A stretch of 64,000 nt of DNA from the NCBI GenBank assembly GCA_964016885.1, contig OZ024740.1, forward strand, positions 304,854,001 through 304,918,000. Direction: 5' to 3'. The notes below the pieces were generated by a model. That model was not told where the DNA came from and ran no database searches. It saw nothing but the letters and a program-made list of their open reading frames with translations. The position numbers and the translations under genes are program-made. This document shows positions 42,387 to 56,800 of this stretch, in pieces. How positions within the stretch are numbered: the stretch's first letter is position 1; the number at the start of each line of letters is the position of its first letter. The stretch comes from Eledone cirrhosa. Lineage: Eukaryota.

Positions 42387-42405
42387 ATATATATATATAT
42401 ATTTG

Positions 42406-42526
<121 letters not shown>

Positions 42527-42772
42527 ATATATTGTGCAAACACAAAACCAACCACGCATATCTTTACTATCTCTAATCCTTCTATAGATTTAGAAAAATA
42601 ACCAATAATATATTCTATAAAAAATGTCAAAACAACAGATGGGAATCTAATTACGCACTGCCACCAAGAATTCTCACTGCTATCGAAAAACCACTCCTTC
42701 AACTATTCTTCTAACAACTTCACCCCTCCCTCCTAATATTCTCTATAAAAACTAAATAGGTCCTCAGTAATA

Positions 42773-42889
42773 TTATTCTGATGAAATGACAGTAAATAAT
42801 AACATTGAAATATTGAATGTCTGCATAACTAAAAGTTTGTAGATAGCTGTTTTAGGTTATGTAACTGTTATAGAAACACGTGTCAATAA
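42773..42889 (+). ncRNA. Type I hammerhead ribozyme with long stem II, in a Penelope 3' relic (~42530-43040)
   Basis: ttatt-CTGATGA-aatgacagt...actgttata-GAAA-C-ACGT-G-TC-aataa. Palindromic ACACGTGT, canonical GUC site. Upstream decayed LEK*PII...NLITHCH resembles a PLE GIY-YIG C-terminus. Confidence 0.75.
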
Positions 42890-43036
42890 ATTCCTTTCAA
42901 CTAAACTGTATCCATTCAAATCTTTCTATTTTTCTCCGGATTACTTTTGGAACTACAACTGGAACCGTCGAGCAAACTCTACGTGAGCTGATAATCTACT
43001 GTGTGTAATATTTATATTACAACACAACGGAAAATA

Positions 43037-43543
<507 letters not shown>

Positions 43544-43679
43544 AACCCCGCAACCCAAAACCTCATAGAAGTTATTTGAATGTTTAATCTTCAATTTTCT
43601 GTTTGTTCAATTCTCAATCTTCTTACCCCTTAGTTTTATAATGTTATTCTGAATTCTTTCAACTTCATCCGATAGAGTT

Positions 43680-44670
43680 AAGCAAAATTCTAAAGTTCCA
43701 ACTTTCTGTCGAACTGTTGGGTGGGTTTTAACGGTGGCGCGACCAGCTCCCTGGAGTGCTTGGAAAAATAAATTTCCCCTTCTTTCGGTAAATGAAAATA
43801 CTCGGCGTAGCTTAATTCGCCATGGGGCCTGGGGCGTGTTGTAACAGCCACATAGTACCTTTAAATTACAGAACAAATCGGAACTATTAGATATATCAAC
43901 CTGAAAATGTTAAACTGTTGAACTTTAAATTTTCTAACCTCTTTAATATTGAATGTTGATTATTGATTTTTTAACTTCATCCTATAGGTATAAACATTGT
44001 AACACACTGACTCCCAATATATTCACCTCTGCTAAGATGCGGGTCCCTGTGAAAATTTCCTGCGCCACTCCTGACCTGACTGTGGTCTGACATTAATATC
44101 GACCGTCCTTCCTCTCTCTTTCTATCTTCCTTCTTGTAGCTATCAACAATTACTTTTCTACTTCTCTAAGCAAAATTTTAAAGTTCCAACTTCCTGTCGG
44201 ACTGTTGGGTGGGTTTTAATGGCGGTGCGACCAGCTCCCTGGCGCACGAGCTCACCTGGAGTGCTTGGAAAAATAAATTTCCCCTTCTTTCGGTAAATGA
44301 AAATACTCGGCGTGGCTTAATTCGCCATGGGGCCCGGGGCCCGGGCGGTGTTTTAACCGCCACATAGTACCTTTAAATTACAGAACAAATCGGAACTATT
44401 ATATAATAAAATGTTAAACTGTTGAACTTTAAATTTTCTAACCTCTTTAATATTGAATATTGATTATTAATTTTTTAACTTCATCCTATAAGTCTAAACA
44501 TTGTAACACACTGACCCCCAATATATTCACCTCTGCTAAGATGCGGGTCCCTGTGAAAATTTTCTCGCGCCACTCCTGGCCCGACTGTGGTGTGACATTA
44601 ATATCGACCTTCCTTCCTCTCTCTTTCTATCTTCCTTCTTGTAGCCATCAACCCTTACTTTTCTACTTCT
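43680..44670. repeat. Tandem duplication of a ~490-bp unit within a probable retroelement 3' region (~43540-45165)
   Basis: ~43680-44165 and ~44168-44670 are highly similar. A decayed CTGATGA-tatca..tgata hammerhead-like motif lies at 45065. Confidence 0.75.
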
Positions 44671-45239
44671 CTCTTCTCGTCCTTCTCTTCTCCCCTCTTC
44701 CTGTCTTCCTCCCGCAGACTTATCTTCCTTCCCCCTCTTGCTTGCCTATATCTGACCAGTAGTAGTTACCTTCCTCTTTTAGCTGACATTAACCCTGGCT
44801 TCTCTTCTTTTTTCTTCCCCCTTCTTCTCTCTCCTTCCTTTCTTTTTTTCTTTTACCTTGTGTCATGAGATTGACGTTAACTTATGTTCCCATCCCTTTC
44901 TGTTTTCGTTTATCTGACCGGTAGTAGCATACTATAAACTTAAGCCACGTCACTCCAGGGCGACCGGCTGAGGTTGAAGGAAGAGAATAGCGGTCGGCCT
45001 CGGGTCCTCGATTTTCAGCTCCATGGATTTTATCTATTACATTCACGTATTATATTTCGAATACCTGATGATATCACCGGATTGATACGGAACCCGGTTA
45101 TTGAAATGATCATAGTATAATAAACCTTTCAAGGATTTACACAAATCCAGCCTCCTGTCATTTCATTATATTATATATATATGTATATATATATATATAT
45201 GTGTATATATATATATATATGTGTATATATATATATATA

Positions 45240-45294
<55 letters not shown>

Positions 45295-45342
45295 GTATAT
45301 AAATATATGTATATATATATATATATAATATATATATGTATA

Positions 45343-45381
<39 letters not shown>

Positions 45382-45389
45382 TATGTATA

Positions 45390-45428
<39 letters not shown>

Positions 45429-45465
45429 TAATATATATATATATAATATATATAATATATATATG

Positions 45466-45496
<31 letters not shown>

Positions 45497-45583
45497 TAAT
45501 ATATATATGTATATATATATATATATATATAATATATATAATATATATATGTATATATGTATATATATATATATGTATATATG

Positions 45584-45618
<35 letters not shown>

Positions 45619-45621
45619 GTA

Positions 45622-45680
<59 letters not shown>

Positions 45681-45736
45681 TATATATATATAATATATAT
45701 ATATATATAATATATATATATATATATAATATATAT

Positions 45737-45774
<38 letters not shown>

Positions 45775-46168
45775 GTTTACTCAGCTGTAGAAATGAGATG
45801 ATAGGGACTGGGGTCCATATCATTCCACTGCAAAGTGGTCGTGGAGGTGCCATGGCAAAAAAGCACCCAACACTCACTGTAAATGAGGTTGGTGTTAGGA
45901 AGGGCATCCAGCTGTAGAAATCAAGCCAGAATCAGTTCCTGTCCCACCCTTGCAAGCAGGGAAAAGCGGACGTAAAATGAAATGATGAAATGATGATGAT
46001 ATACATATATATATATATATATATATAGCGAGGGAAAAGTGGTAAGGAACCAGGTGGATCATAACGCACCAAAGTACTCAATACTTAGGGTAGTAGAGTG
46101 GGTAATAGGAGTAAGTAAGACCCCGACGGCTGAGCTCAAGCCGTTTCGACGGCTAATTCTGTACTGAA

Positions 46169-46217
<49 letters not shown>

Positions 46218-46412
46218 CATATATATACATATATATATATATATAATATATATATAATATATATATATATCAAGTAAGTATGTTTTGAAACGGTGAGCAG
46301 GATTGAAATTAGAAAATAGAATAGCTTTCACCGTATTTTTATCTGAGGGTTCTAAACCCCATTATCAGGCTAATATTCCTTTAGTCAAAAATACGGTGAA
46401 AGCTATTCTATT

Positions 46413-46467
<55 letters not shown>

Positions 46468-46720
46468 GTATATATATATATATTTTTTTTTTTTTTTATT
46501 TATTTTATTTATTTATTCTTTTATCTATGTATTCATTTATTTATTTATTTACTTATTTATTTATTTCAAAAAAGCACTCTGGCTAATTGACCACTCCCCA
46601 AAGAAAAAACGGCCTGTGCAATGAAGTGGTCCTCTGTACCTAAATACCCCCCCCCCCCTTCCACCACCCCTCCCTTACCACTACCTAAATGTATAAATAC
46701 CAGAACTTAATATGACACCC

Positions 46721-46771
46721 AGCTTCCTGAAGATTTCATCTGAATGAAACAGTACTAGTCCTGTAGAAGCT
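46721..46771 (+). ncRNA. Type I hammerhead ribozyme
   Basis: agcttc-CTGAAGA-tttcatctgaat-GAAA-CAG-tactagtc-CTG-TA-gaagct. Perfect 6-bp stem I, near-palindromic stem III, GUA site. Confidence 0.75.
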
Positions 46772-49142
46772 CCTTCTATAAAATAAAAAAAATTTACTCT
46801 GCCATGTATTGAGTACCTTACTTACTGTGGTTATCCCCGACTCAACCCGGGACCTACGTATATATATATATATATATATATATATCATCGTCATCATCAT
46901 CATCATCATTTTATGTCCGCTTTTCCCTGCTTGCAAAGGTGGGACGGGAACTGATTCTGGCTTGATTTCTACAGCTGGATGCCCTTCCTAACACCAACCT
47001 CATTTACAGTGAGTGCTGGGTGCTTTTTTTTGCCGTGGCACCTACATGACCACTTTGCAGTGGAATGATAGGGACTGGGGTCCCTATCATCTCATTTTTA
47101 CAGCTGAGTAAACTGGAGCAATGTGAAATAAAGTGTCTTACTCAAGGAAACAACACATCACCCGGTCTGAGAATTGAACTCACAACCTTTCGATTCCAAG
47201 GCCAATGCTCTAACCACTAAGCCATGCGCCTCCCTATATGTATACATGTATCCCTATATGTATACATATATATATATATGTATACATATATATGGGATGA
47301 GGTGATAAAAGCCGACCTTACCCAACTACACCTCTCAAAGGCGATGACACACGACCATGACCTCTGGTGTCACGCAGTAATACAGAGTACCCGACCTCCC
47401 ATGGGTACAAGCTGAAGCATATAGACAATATGCCCCCACACCCTCCCACTGCAAAGTGGTCGTGGAGGTGCCACGGCAAAAAAGCACCCAGCCCACACTG
47501 TAAAGTGGACGTGTAGGCGCCACGGAAAAAAGCACCCAGCACTCACTGTAAATGAGGTTGGTGTTAGGAAGGGCATCCAGCTGTAGAAATCAAGCCAAAA
47601 TCAGTTCCTGTATGAGCAAGGCATGGTCAGCCGACCAGACACTGCCCACAACAGGACAACCCGTCTAACCCATGCTAGCATGGAAGAACGGACGTAAAAC
47701 AGTGATAATGATGATGATGATGATGATGATGTTGAAATCACATCTTACAGGCTTAAAAAAAAAACATGAAGACATTAGATAACGTAGTGTCATATACACA
47801 GTCTAAATAAAAGGCAAGATGGTCATGGCTAGAAGAACCCTTGGTCATATGTTTACTCGATCAGAGCTGATCTAAGGACAAATAACATCATTATCAGCTG
47901 CTACTGCTAAGTCCATTAGTCACTACAGCAAGCAAAATGTGTGATGAAGAAAATATAAAAATTTCTATTTTCTTTTTTTAATGAGTGAACTAAATTTAGC
48001 TCATCATTTCAGGTGAGTTGATATGTTTTTTACTGTATTTATATATCAAGGTGGTATACACAATTTCTTTACTTCTATATAATTGTGTATTCTTTTACTG
48101 GTTCCAGTCATTGGATTATGCCCATACTAGAACACTACCTTGAAGGTAAAAATCTATTAAATCAGCTCATTTTTCACTGGCACTTGTTTTATTGAGATTG
48201 GAAAGATGAAAGGCAAGGTCGGCCTTCACAATATTTGGATGTGACTAAATATCACAAAGTATTTTGTCCAATGCTCTACCGATTTCTATCATCCATTGCT
48301 TTGTCTCTTGTAGAAAATAAAAATTTAGCTTAGGTCTTCTCTCTTTGCAGGTTTTCTAATCATTAATGTAAGGGTAACTACCATGAACAATCTTAAATGT
48401 TTATGTATTGCTGTATATAAACTGTGTTGTGCATATGTACAAATATACATAGACACACATAATATAAGGGTAGGCAGTGTGGAATTAGTAAGCTTGGGAT
48501 TATCTAAATCAGATTGGAAATAAAACTAAAAGATGCATGTTGGTGTACTATGACTGTTTTCAGTTATCCCTTTTGTTGAAAAAGGAGAATCAGTAAAACA
48601 GTTGTAGAAAATTGTTTTTCTCATTTTTCTTTGACAAAAAACTGAAACTAAATATCTTGTGTGCATGTGTAAATGTAAGTATATGCCTATACACACATAA
48701 GCATATATGTAAGTATGTTAATATGTATATATATCTATAACACTTCAATGTAGTTGTACATTTTAGACAAGCATCTTAACATTCTACTATCATCTTCTAA
48801 AATTGTTATACCGCTGTCCAGTGTTCTATAAAACCATTTTCAATGCATATTTTATATTAAACAGTTGTGATTGATTAAATTACCAGCTTTCTCTTAAACT
48901 GTTATGTTGTTAATGAATAGAAAAATTAATTAACATTCAATGGGTGAATATGAGAAAATTAAAAGCAAAATCTAGTGATTAATTAAGATAATTGTTAAAT
49001 AATATATGAAATACACAGAATATGTCAAGAAATATAATCCTCAGCTTCGATAAATACTTGAAATAGTCACAAGAAAATTTAATTGAAGAAACATATGTAG
49101 AGGTTTTCATAAAAGTGTTGTTCAGTATTAAGTTAGTCCTGA

Positions 49143-49333
49143 TTAACCCTTTAACATTTAAACTGGCCATATCTGGCCATAATCCTCTCACCTCTTTCTG
49201 TTCAAACAGGTTGTAACCAGTCGCTCATACCGATGTTAAGATATTGTTTTCAAAATATATATCATCATCAAAATCTTGTAGATTTGATATTATGTGAGAT
49301 AAATATAGAGTAATGTAAATGATAAAGAGTTAA
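49143..49333. mobile_element. piggyBac-like MITE
   Basis: ttaacccttt...aaagagttaa. Same family as 15891 and 19352. Confidence 0.8.
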
Positions 49334-49369
49334 ACAGAGATATGATCAAAGAAAGGTGTTCCATAATTA

Positions 49370-49510
49370 GTAGTGAGATGTGATGAAACATAGTGAGATG
49401 TGATAAGATAGAATGAGATGTGATGAAACATAGTGAGATGTGAAGAAATAGAGTGAGATGTGGTGAGATAGAGTGAGATGTGATGAAACAGTGAGATGTG
49501 ATGGAACATA
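49370..49510. repeat. 20-bp minisatellite (gtgagatgtgatgaaacata)n
   Basis: About 7 imperfect units. Confidence 0.85.
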
Positions 49511-50352
49511 CCCATTGAACCTATACCAGAAAGGAAAAACAGTCATTTGATGATGAAAATTATAATGACAACACTGAAAATGAGAAAATATTCAGCTGAC
49601 TAAAACCATCCATTCCCGATAACATGATGAATGATGATTATATTGACTCTTATTGTCATTGATTCTTATTTGCCTTTCATCCTTATAGGGTCGATAAAAT
49701 AAAGTACCAGTAATACACTGGGATAATTGCTGGCCTTGTGCCCAAAGTAGAAACAATTATCTATATTACTAAAACAGAGAATGTCTGTTTGTCTGTCTGT
49801 CTGTACAATCACTAAAACTCGAGAACCAGCCAACCGATTGTTTTCAAACTTTACACATGTAATACATATGGTCCTATTGAGTGTTCTGAGCAAAAAAAAA
49901 TTCCAAATTTTCCATGCCCTAGGGACCGCATTAGGCGATTTAGCGATCTCTTTCTCTCTTTCTTAGTCTTTCTCTTTTTAGATAGATACATAGATATTAT
50001 GTTGCACCCTTATAATATCCGTCTGTATGCCTGGCTGTCTGCATTACGTCATTATGACGCAGTGTGTGTGTGTGTGTAGTGTGTAACGTTTTTCGAAATA
50101 TTTACTTCTGCGTTCACGGATTTATTATTTTAGTTTCAGAAGATCCCGTTAAGGGTGAAAGCAGCGATTCTTTGCTTAAACTTTAATCTGTTATTTTAAT
50201 ATATATATATATATATATATATGCAAAAGTTCTATTTAAATTGTTGGGATACAACAAGAAAATATTTTTATAACTGATATAAAGCACTCAACAAGTATTT
50301 GGAGTAAATATACGATATTAACAAATGGAAACTATATTTATAAAACCATATC

Positions 50353-50417
50353 TATTTCATTATACATATTTCAAGGATACCATGTTAAATTATGGTATGC
50401 TTTCATCAGACAAAATA
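50353..50417 (-). ncRNA. Hammerhead in the inverted 5' pLTR
   Basis: Reverse complement of 53691-53755. Confidence 0.72.
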
Positions 50418-53400
50418 CAATATATTTCATGCATATAATGCATGAACTAGACATTGAAAATAAAACACAACGCTTCATGCCAAGGAAACCTAAGATTAAT
50501 ATGAAGGATCATAAAAGAAACTTTGAAAATGATTTACCAGTCAGATTAATTGCACCATCTAAATCTGACCTTGGCAGACTTAGCAAAAATATTCTAGACA
50601 GAATAATACCACAAATTAAGAATTTACCTAATTTATCTTACTTAAAATTATGGAAAGGGACTAGTGAGGTTATCGATTGGTTTAAAGAAATTAAATATAA
50701 TTATAATAATAAGTTTATTCAGTTGGATATTGCTAACTACTACTCATCTATCACTCCTAATCTACTGAATAAGGCACTAACTTACGCATTTAAACATACA
50801 GACCTAACTAGCAATGAAATGCACATTATATTATCGGCACGGAAAACATTAATAGAATTTAATAACCAACTCTGGACTAGGGCAGATAGAAATAATAATT
50901 TCGACATAACTATGGGATCTTCAGACTCAGCTCAGGTAACGGACCTTGTGGGCCTATTTATATTTAATTCTCTGCATAGAAAAATACCAGGTGTAACCGG
51001 AGGTTTATATTGTGACGACATGCTTTTACTTATAGAAAATAATAGCTGTGATCTAAATAGAAAAAGAAAACAAATTATACAATTTTTTAATTACCTTAAT
51101 CTAAAAGTAGAAATAGAGAATAACCATAAAATAGTCAATTTTCTAGATGTAACACTAAATCTTAACACATGTCTTCATTATCCATTTCACAAACTAAATG
51201 AGAACTTAAATTATGTCAATTTTAACTCTAATCACCCCCAGATCCGTTAAAAATACTATAGTGAACTCTGTACAAGAACGAATTTCGAGAATTTCATCTA
51301 ATAAGAATATATTTGATGAAAAAGCGCATTATTACAATGAAGGTAGAGCTGGGTATAGAAATAAAATTAAATACATCGATAATAATAATAATATAAAAAC
51401 TAACCAAAATAATAACAATTTTAACTATGGTAACAATTTTAACAACTATAATAGAAAACATTACAATAATTCCGAAAGCCGAAAAAGAAATAGAACTAGG
51501 AATATAGTATGGTTCGCTCCTCCTTTCTCAGTAAATATTAAAACCCCTATTGCTAAACTATTCTTTAAAGCTCTCGACAAACGCTTCCCTAGAACACAGA
51601 TATTACTCAATTTTTAATAGACATACTATAAAATTAACTTACTCTTCCACCAAAAATTTAGCGCAAAATATTAATAGAATTAATAATAGAAATTTAAAAC
51701 CTAACCAAAATACCAATAATAACCCAAGCAATATTCAATCGAATAATTGTAACTGTAGAAATAAATCCAACTGTCCGTTAAATAACAATTGCTTAGCTAA
51801 AAATGTAGTTTATAATTGTAATGTAAAAACTAATTTAAATTCATTTAATTATGTCGGTTCTACCTCCACAGAGTTTAAATCCCGCTTCAATAATCATAAA
51901 AATTCTTTTACAGATCCAAACAAAAAATCTTCAACTTCGCTATCTAGCCTATTATGGGACCTAAAACGAGATAATGTTGAATATTCGCTGATTTGGAATA
52001 TTATTTCAAAAGCTACTCCTTTTAATTCCTCTTCAGAAAATTGCAATCTTTGTATAGAGGAAATATTCTTTATATTAAAGACCAAAAATTCCCTAAATTT
52101 AAGGAATAATTTATTCAGTTGCTGCAGACATAGATTGAACTCAACGTTTAAATATAAATATAAATTTAAAATGTAGCATAATTAATTAAGTAATTTGGTT
52201 AATATATGAAACCTGTCGATAAATCATTAGATTCCTTCACCTTTTTCATTTTCTTTGGTTAAATACTCAAGTATAAATAAATTTTCTTCCTAAATATAAA
52301 TATAAATATAATAAACTATTCTAGAGAAATATATTGAGCTCTTGAAAGGAGAAAATATTTCCTATTTCTTATATTTTTTTATATTTTTCATATTTTTTAT
52401 TTTTTATTGTTTATATATTTTTTTATATTTTTTTTATATTTTATTTATTTTTTATTAGGTTTGTTTTTATTCTGATAGCTTCTCATAATTTTCAAAAGTT
52501 TATCCTTTCAATATCTTGAGTAAAATATACGTAAGATAAATTTCTATACTAAATCTATTAAACATTATTTTAACTTAAAATATTCTATAATATTTTAAAA
52601 TATTTTAATATTTTAGATTTCTTTTGTTTTTAAGTTATATTGATATAATTATATTTCCAAAATATAATCCTTTTGTATTTTATGTACTCAATTATACTAT
52701 GTAATATATTGATGTATACTTATCTCTATACGAGTATGTATGTATATGTGTGTATTAACATACATATACATGTGTTATATGCATTTTTATGAATATATGT
52801 CTGTCTGTATATATGCATGGGTGACGCGTGTCTACCAATTGGGTGAGGATGCACACACATGTTTATATATGTATATGTAAGAATTGTGTGTGTACATGTA
52901 CATGTGTACCCATACAATTTGATTGCAGATAGGCATAATTTAACAGCCATAAATGCATGAAAGCTAATCCTATATATTTTTATATATATATATATTAAAC
53001 AATTTTATTTAATAACACAAGGGATGTATAACATTAATAAAAAAAAAAAAATGTATGCTTTGTATGTATATATTATATACGGGAGTAGATATAATGTGTA
53101 TCTTCTGAGTGTATATATATATATATATTTATGTGTATTTTTGCGTGTGTGTACGTGTTATATGATAGGTAATTTTCTCTAGCAATATATAGATTTTTTA
53201 ATGTTTAAATTCCAATTTTTAATATATTGATCTCAATTTTTAAACTAAATATCTAATCATAGTTAAACAATGATTAATTTCTCATATTATATATGTATAT
53301 TCCATTCATGAATATTAATATTTCTAATTTTATTTATTCATTTCATCTCAGTTGTTAACTTAACTTAATATGACATGACTTAAGGTTTTCGTTCTCCCCC

Positions 53401-53690
53401 TCCTCTCTATCTCTATATTTCTCTCTCTTGCTTTTTTCTCTCTGTCTGGTGTTTTGATATCTCTCTCGTTTTTCTCTTTTTTCTTTTTTCTTTTTTTTTT
53501 CTCTTTTCTCTTTTTCTTTCGTTATCTCTCCCTTTCTTTCTCCACTTTTCTCTCTCTCCGTCTTTTTCCTTCTCCGTAACACAACGACTTACTAAGATAA
53601 ACAAATCCACTATCCCTGATGTCTTCCAAAAGTAACGGTCGCATTTTGAAAGGGTATGTCAATATTTATTTATAAAACTGGTATATATTG

Positions 53691-53755
53691 TATTTTGTCT
53701 GATGAAAGCATACCATAATTTAACATGGTATCCTTGAAATATGTATAATGAAATA
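53691..53755 (+). ncRNA. Hammerhead in the Penelope 3' pLTR
   Basis: tattttgt-CTGATGA-aagcataccat-aatttaac-atggtatcctt-GAAA-TATGTA-TA-atgaaata. AUA site. Confidence 0.75.
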
Positions 53756-53794
53756 GATATGGTTTTATAAATATAGTTTCCATTTGTTAATATC

Positions 53795-53847
<53 letters not shown>

Positions 53848-56800
53848 TATATTCATGTACAGATATTTTTGCATACACATATAAACAAAAGTATTTATTT
53901 CACGATAAAGTATTGATTTTCTTCGAACGGAAAAAAAAACCTGGTAATGTACGACTAACTTTTTTATAAGCACAAAGTGTAGACACCAACCCGAGGCTGA
54001 GGTATTCCGTACTTCTCTGTACTGTTATTTATATATTCGAGTACAGATATTTTTGCATACACAATAATAAAATATAAACAAACATATTTACTTCACAAGG
54101 CTCGAGAAGGATAAATATATATCAAATATATATAACTAGCCATTCTGCTAGTTATTAAAACGCACCTGGTGTACACTGTGAAGTTGTTGACATTAAGAAG
54201 GGTAGAAACCATGCCAGAATGAAATACATGAATGAGACACAGACATCTCACCTGTCGAGCCTCAGAATGTGACAACTTGTCTAATAGTGATGATGATGAT
54301 AATGATGAAGATGATAATTGTTTCTACTTTTGGCACAAGGCCAGTGCATTACTGGTACTTTATTTTATCGACCCCGTAAGGATGACAGGCAAAGTTAACC
54401 TCGGCAGGATTTGAACTCAGATCGTAAAGGGACGTAACTATGCTAGAAAGCATGTCCGACCTTCTACCGATACTGCCAATCCACCGCCATGAAGATGATG
54501 ATGATAATGATGAAGATGATAATGATAATGATACAGATGCATAAATTTCAATCACTGTCAGAAGAACTGTTTTTCTCATGCACTTATATCAATATATTAC
54601 ATTAGTTAGTGTACCACAGCTCCATAACTACACCTGATACTCAACAGATCGAAAAGTTAGATAACAGTCTACTTACATATTGATGTGAAAGAAACTGTAT
54701 TCCAAATAAATCTGAAGTCTGACATTCAGAGAGCTGAACTTAATAAAGACAATCTGCTACATTGTCACCACATTATGACAGTTACTACCACTACTACTGC
54801 TACCATAGCCACCACCACAACCACAAACAATGCAGCTATTCATGACCCTACCCTCATAACCACCACCACCATCATGACCACACCTACGACTTTACAAACA
54901 CCACAACCATACCCAGCAACCCAACTATCAATGCCACAACAACAGTTAGCAACACCACCAATCCTAACTACAATTATTTAAAGTAGCCTAATCCTTCATA
55001 TTGTTAGTTGGGTGTGTATTGGTACAGTTATTTCCAAGGAGTTGATACCAAACTACCCGAAACTGCGCTAGATTTATCATACAAAACTGCTCATTCTAAA
55101 ATGTTTATCCTTATATCAAAATTTTCCACCATTTAGAAATTTTACTGAAGTAATTACTAATGAAAATCTTAAAATTTTATTAAATTAACTGAAATACATA
55201 GGCAGTGTATTTCATTAGAAAAACGATAATAAAAGGGTTAACATGTGTAGCTAAAGGGAAAACCAATGTTCTTTTTTGTGTTTTTTCATTTTGATTTATA
55301 TAGATGAATATTCTTTTTGATTCTAGTTGGAAAGGGTGTGATACACTAATGACCAATGATTAGTTGACACAGTTAATACATTTCCCTTGTAATATCTTCT
55401 TTATATTTTTATCTTTAAAAGAATTAACTGCAACTTAAAAAATAAGGATACAACATTGAATAATGTGACACTGGGTGTGTTGTGCCTGAGAACAAGATGG
55501 AATGCATTTAGGTCATAGATCTACTCAATCTGGGATAACATGAGATAATACTTTAGCCTTAATAACTGACTCACAAGGAATATATACATACCACAAAGTA
55601 CTACTCTTAAGTTTCTGTAGAGTATTTTAGAGTTTACAGTATTTTGTATTGTACTTTTGAAACTGTAGAAAAACTCACCATAAAATTATAGACATGCAGT
55701 ATAAGAATATTGAGGAGGATATTTGAATCATAAACCTTAATAGATAAGCAACAGAAAAACACAAAACAGAGAAGTTTTTATTGCCTTTGACATTCCTTGA
55801 TCAAGAATGTGATGTCAAACAGCACCTAACAGGATCAATAGCCAATATAAACTTAAAACAAGGAAAATTAATAAACTGATAGATGAATTCTAACATCCAG
55901 TCATGGGAATGAATAAGGAACACTTTAAAAGCGGACTTTTTAGGTCATTTTTATTTCTAATGTTACAATAAAATATAAAATAGATAATTTTGAAAAACTT
56001 CACAGAAAATTATTGAAAATGCTTAACACTTATATTTTCAATAAAGCACTATCTCCCCCCTCCCCCACACACACACATACATACACACACTATTTCCATG
56101 GCAGAATGGTTGACATTTCTTTTTATATAAGATGTAATTAGGAGTGATATCCATGAATTTTGCAGGTCTCCAAAAACTGGTGAGATTGATGTGGCTGGTA
56201 GTGTGTGTAGGAAACAGATTTGTGAGATGAGACACAGTAAAAGTATCTGGAGGAGGCAAGTTAGCTGAGATCAGTGAGTCTGGGTAGAGAGGGCATGTAA
56301 CTAGCTAGTTGAAAGGAGCAGGGGTTCTTGTAATAGTGGCAGAAGAGGCAGAGAGAAGATTCAGCAAGTTTTTGAGTCAGTTGTAGTGTGTTACTTATGA
56401 GTTCAATGGCATTTTAAAAACTGCTGTTTAAAATATTTGTGTCTAGTAGCAGAATCATACCATATATGCATAAGCAGTACACTAGTGTGTCTTCTTGTAG
56501 ATGGGGAGACATATAATCATGATTCTCATTTGCCCAGATAAAACCCTTCCAGCTGCTAACTGCATAATTGTGATAATAGGTTGAAATCTGTTTTAGTTAG
56601 GCAAACCGAGTCAAGTAAATTTATGAGTCTTACCCAAGACAACTGGTTTTGACTCAAGTAATTCTAGTGAGCAGCTCAATCAATAAACAGGATGCACACA
56701 ACTTTTTTTTACATTAACACAAATATTAATTTTGTGTTTGATGACAGTGAACCAGGCTAGATAACATTTTGGCAACGTGTTTAATATAATTTGGTTCTCA

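Larger units (their letters stand above)
50222..53797 (+). mobile_element. Penelope-like retroelement (RT + GIY-YIG), 5'-truncated, with inverted 5' pLTR
   Basis: Frameshifted ORFs 50429-51250, 51213-51617 and 51550-52176 contain KDHK..RLIAPSKS, LDIANYYSSI, TMGS, GLYCDD, NFLDVTL, CNCR..CPL..C, VVY..YVGST..RF.NHK, CNLC and CRH. 50311-50425 is the inverse of 53683-53797. Confidence 0.93.
49760..54151 (+). mobile_element. Probable non-autonomous Helitron hosting nested Penelope insertions
   Basis: 5' A|TCtatattactaaaac...(gtct)n and 3' attctgCTAG|T. The rejoined flanks aatta|ttatta restore a SINE (att)n tail. A clear subterminal hairpin is not evident. Confidence 0.55.

Noticed and set aside
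53355-53610. Lys/Glu/Arg-rich ORFs
   Set aside because: Reverse translation of a polypyrimidine tract in the Penelope 3' region.
54685-54981. Thr-rich 98-aa ORF
   Set aside because: Derived from degenerate (acc/act)n trinucleotide repeats, with no splice or domain support.
55680-55736. Possible small minus-strand PKI 5' exon (ATG|GTGAGT donor)
   Set aside because: Splice-like signals only. Joining it to 20874 gives an in-frame TGA, and there is no independent support.
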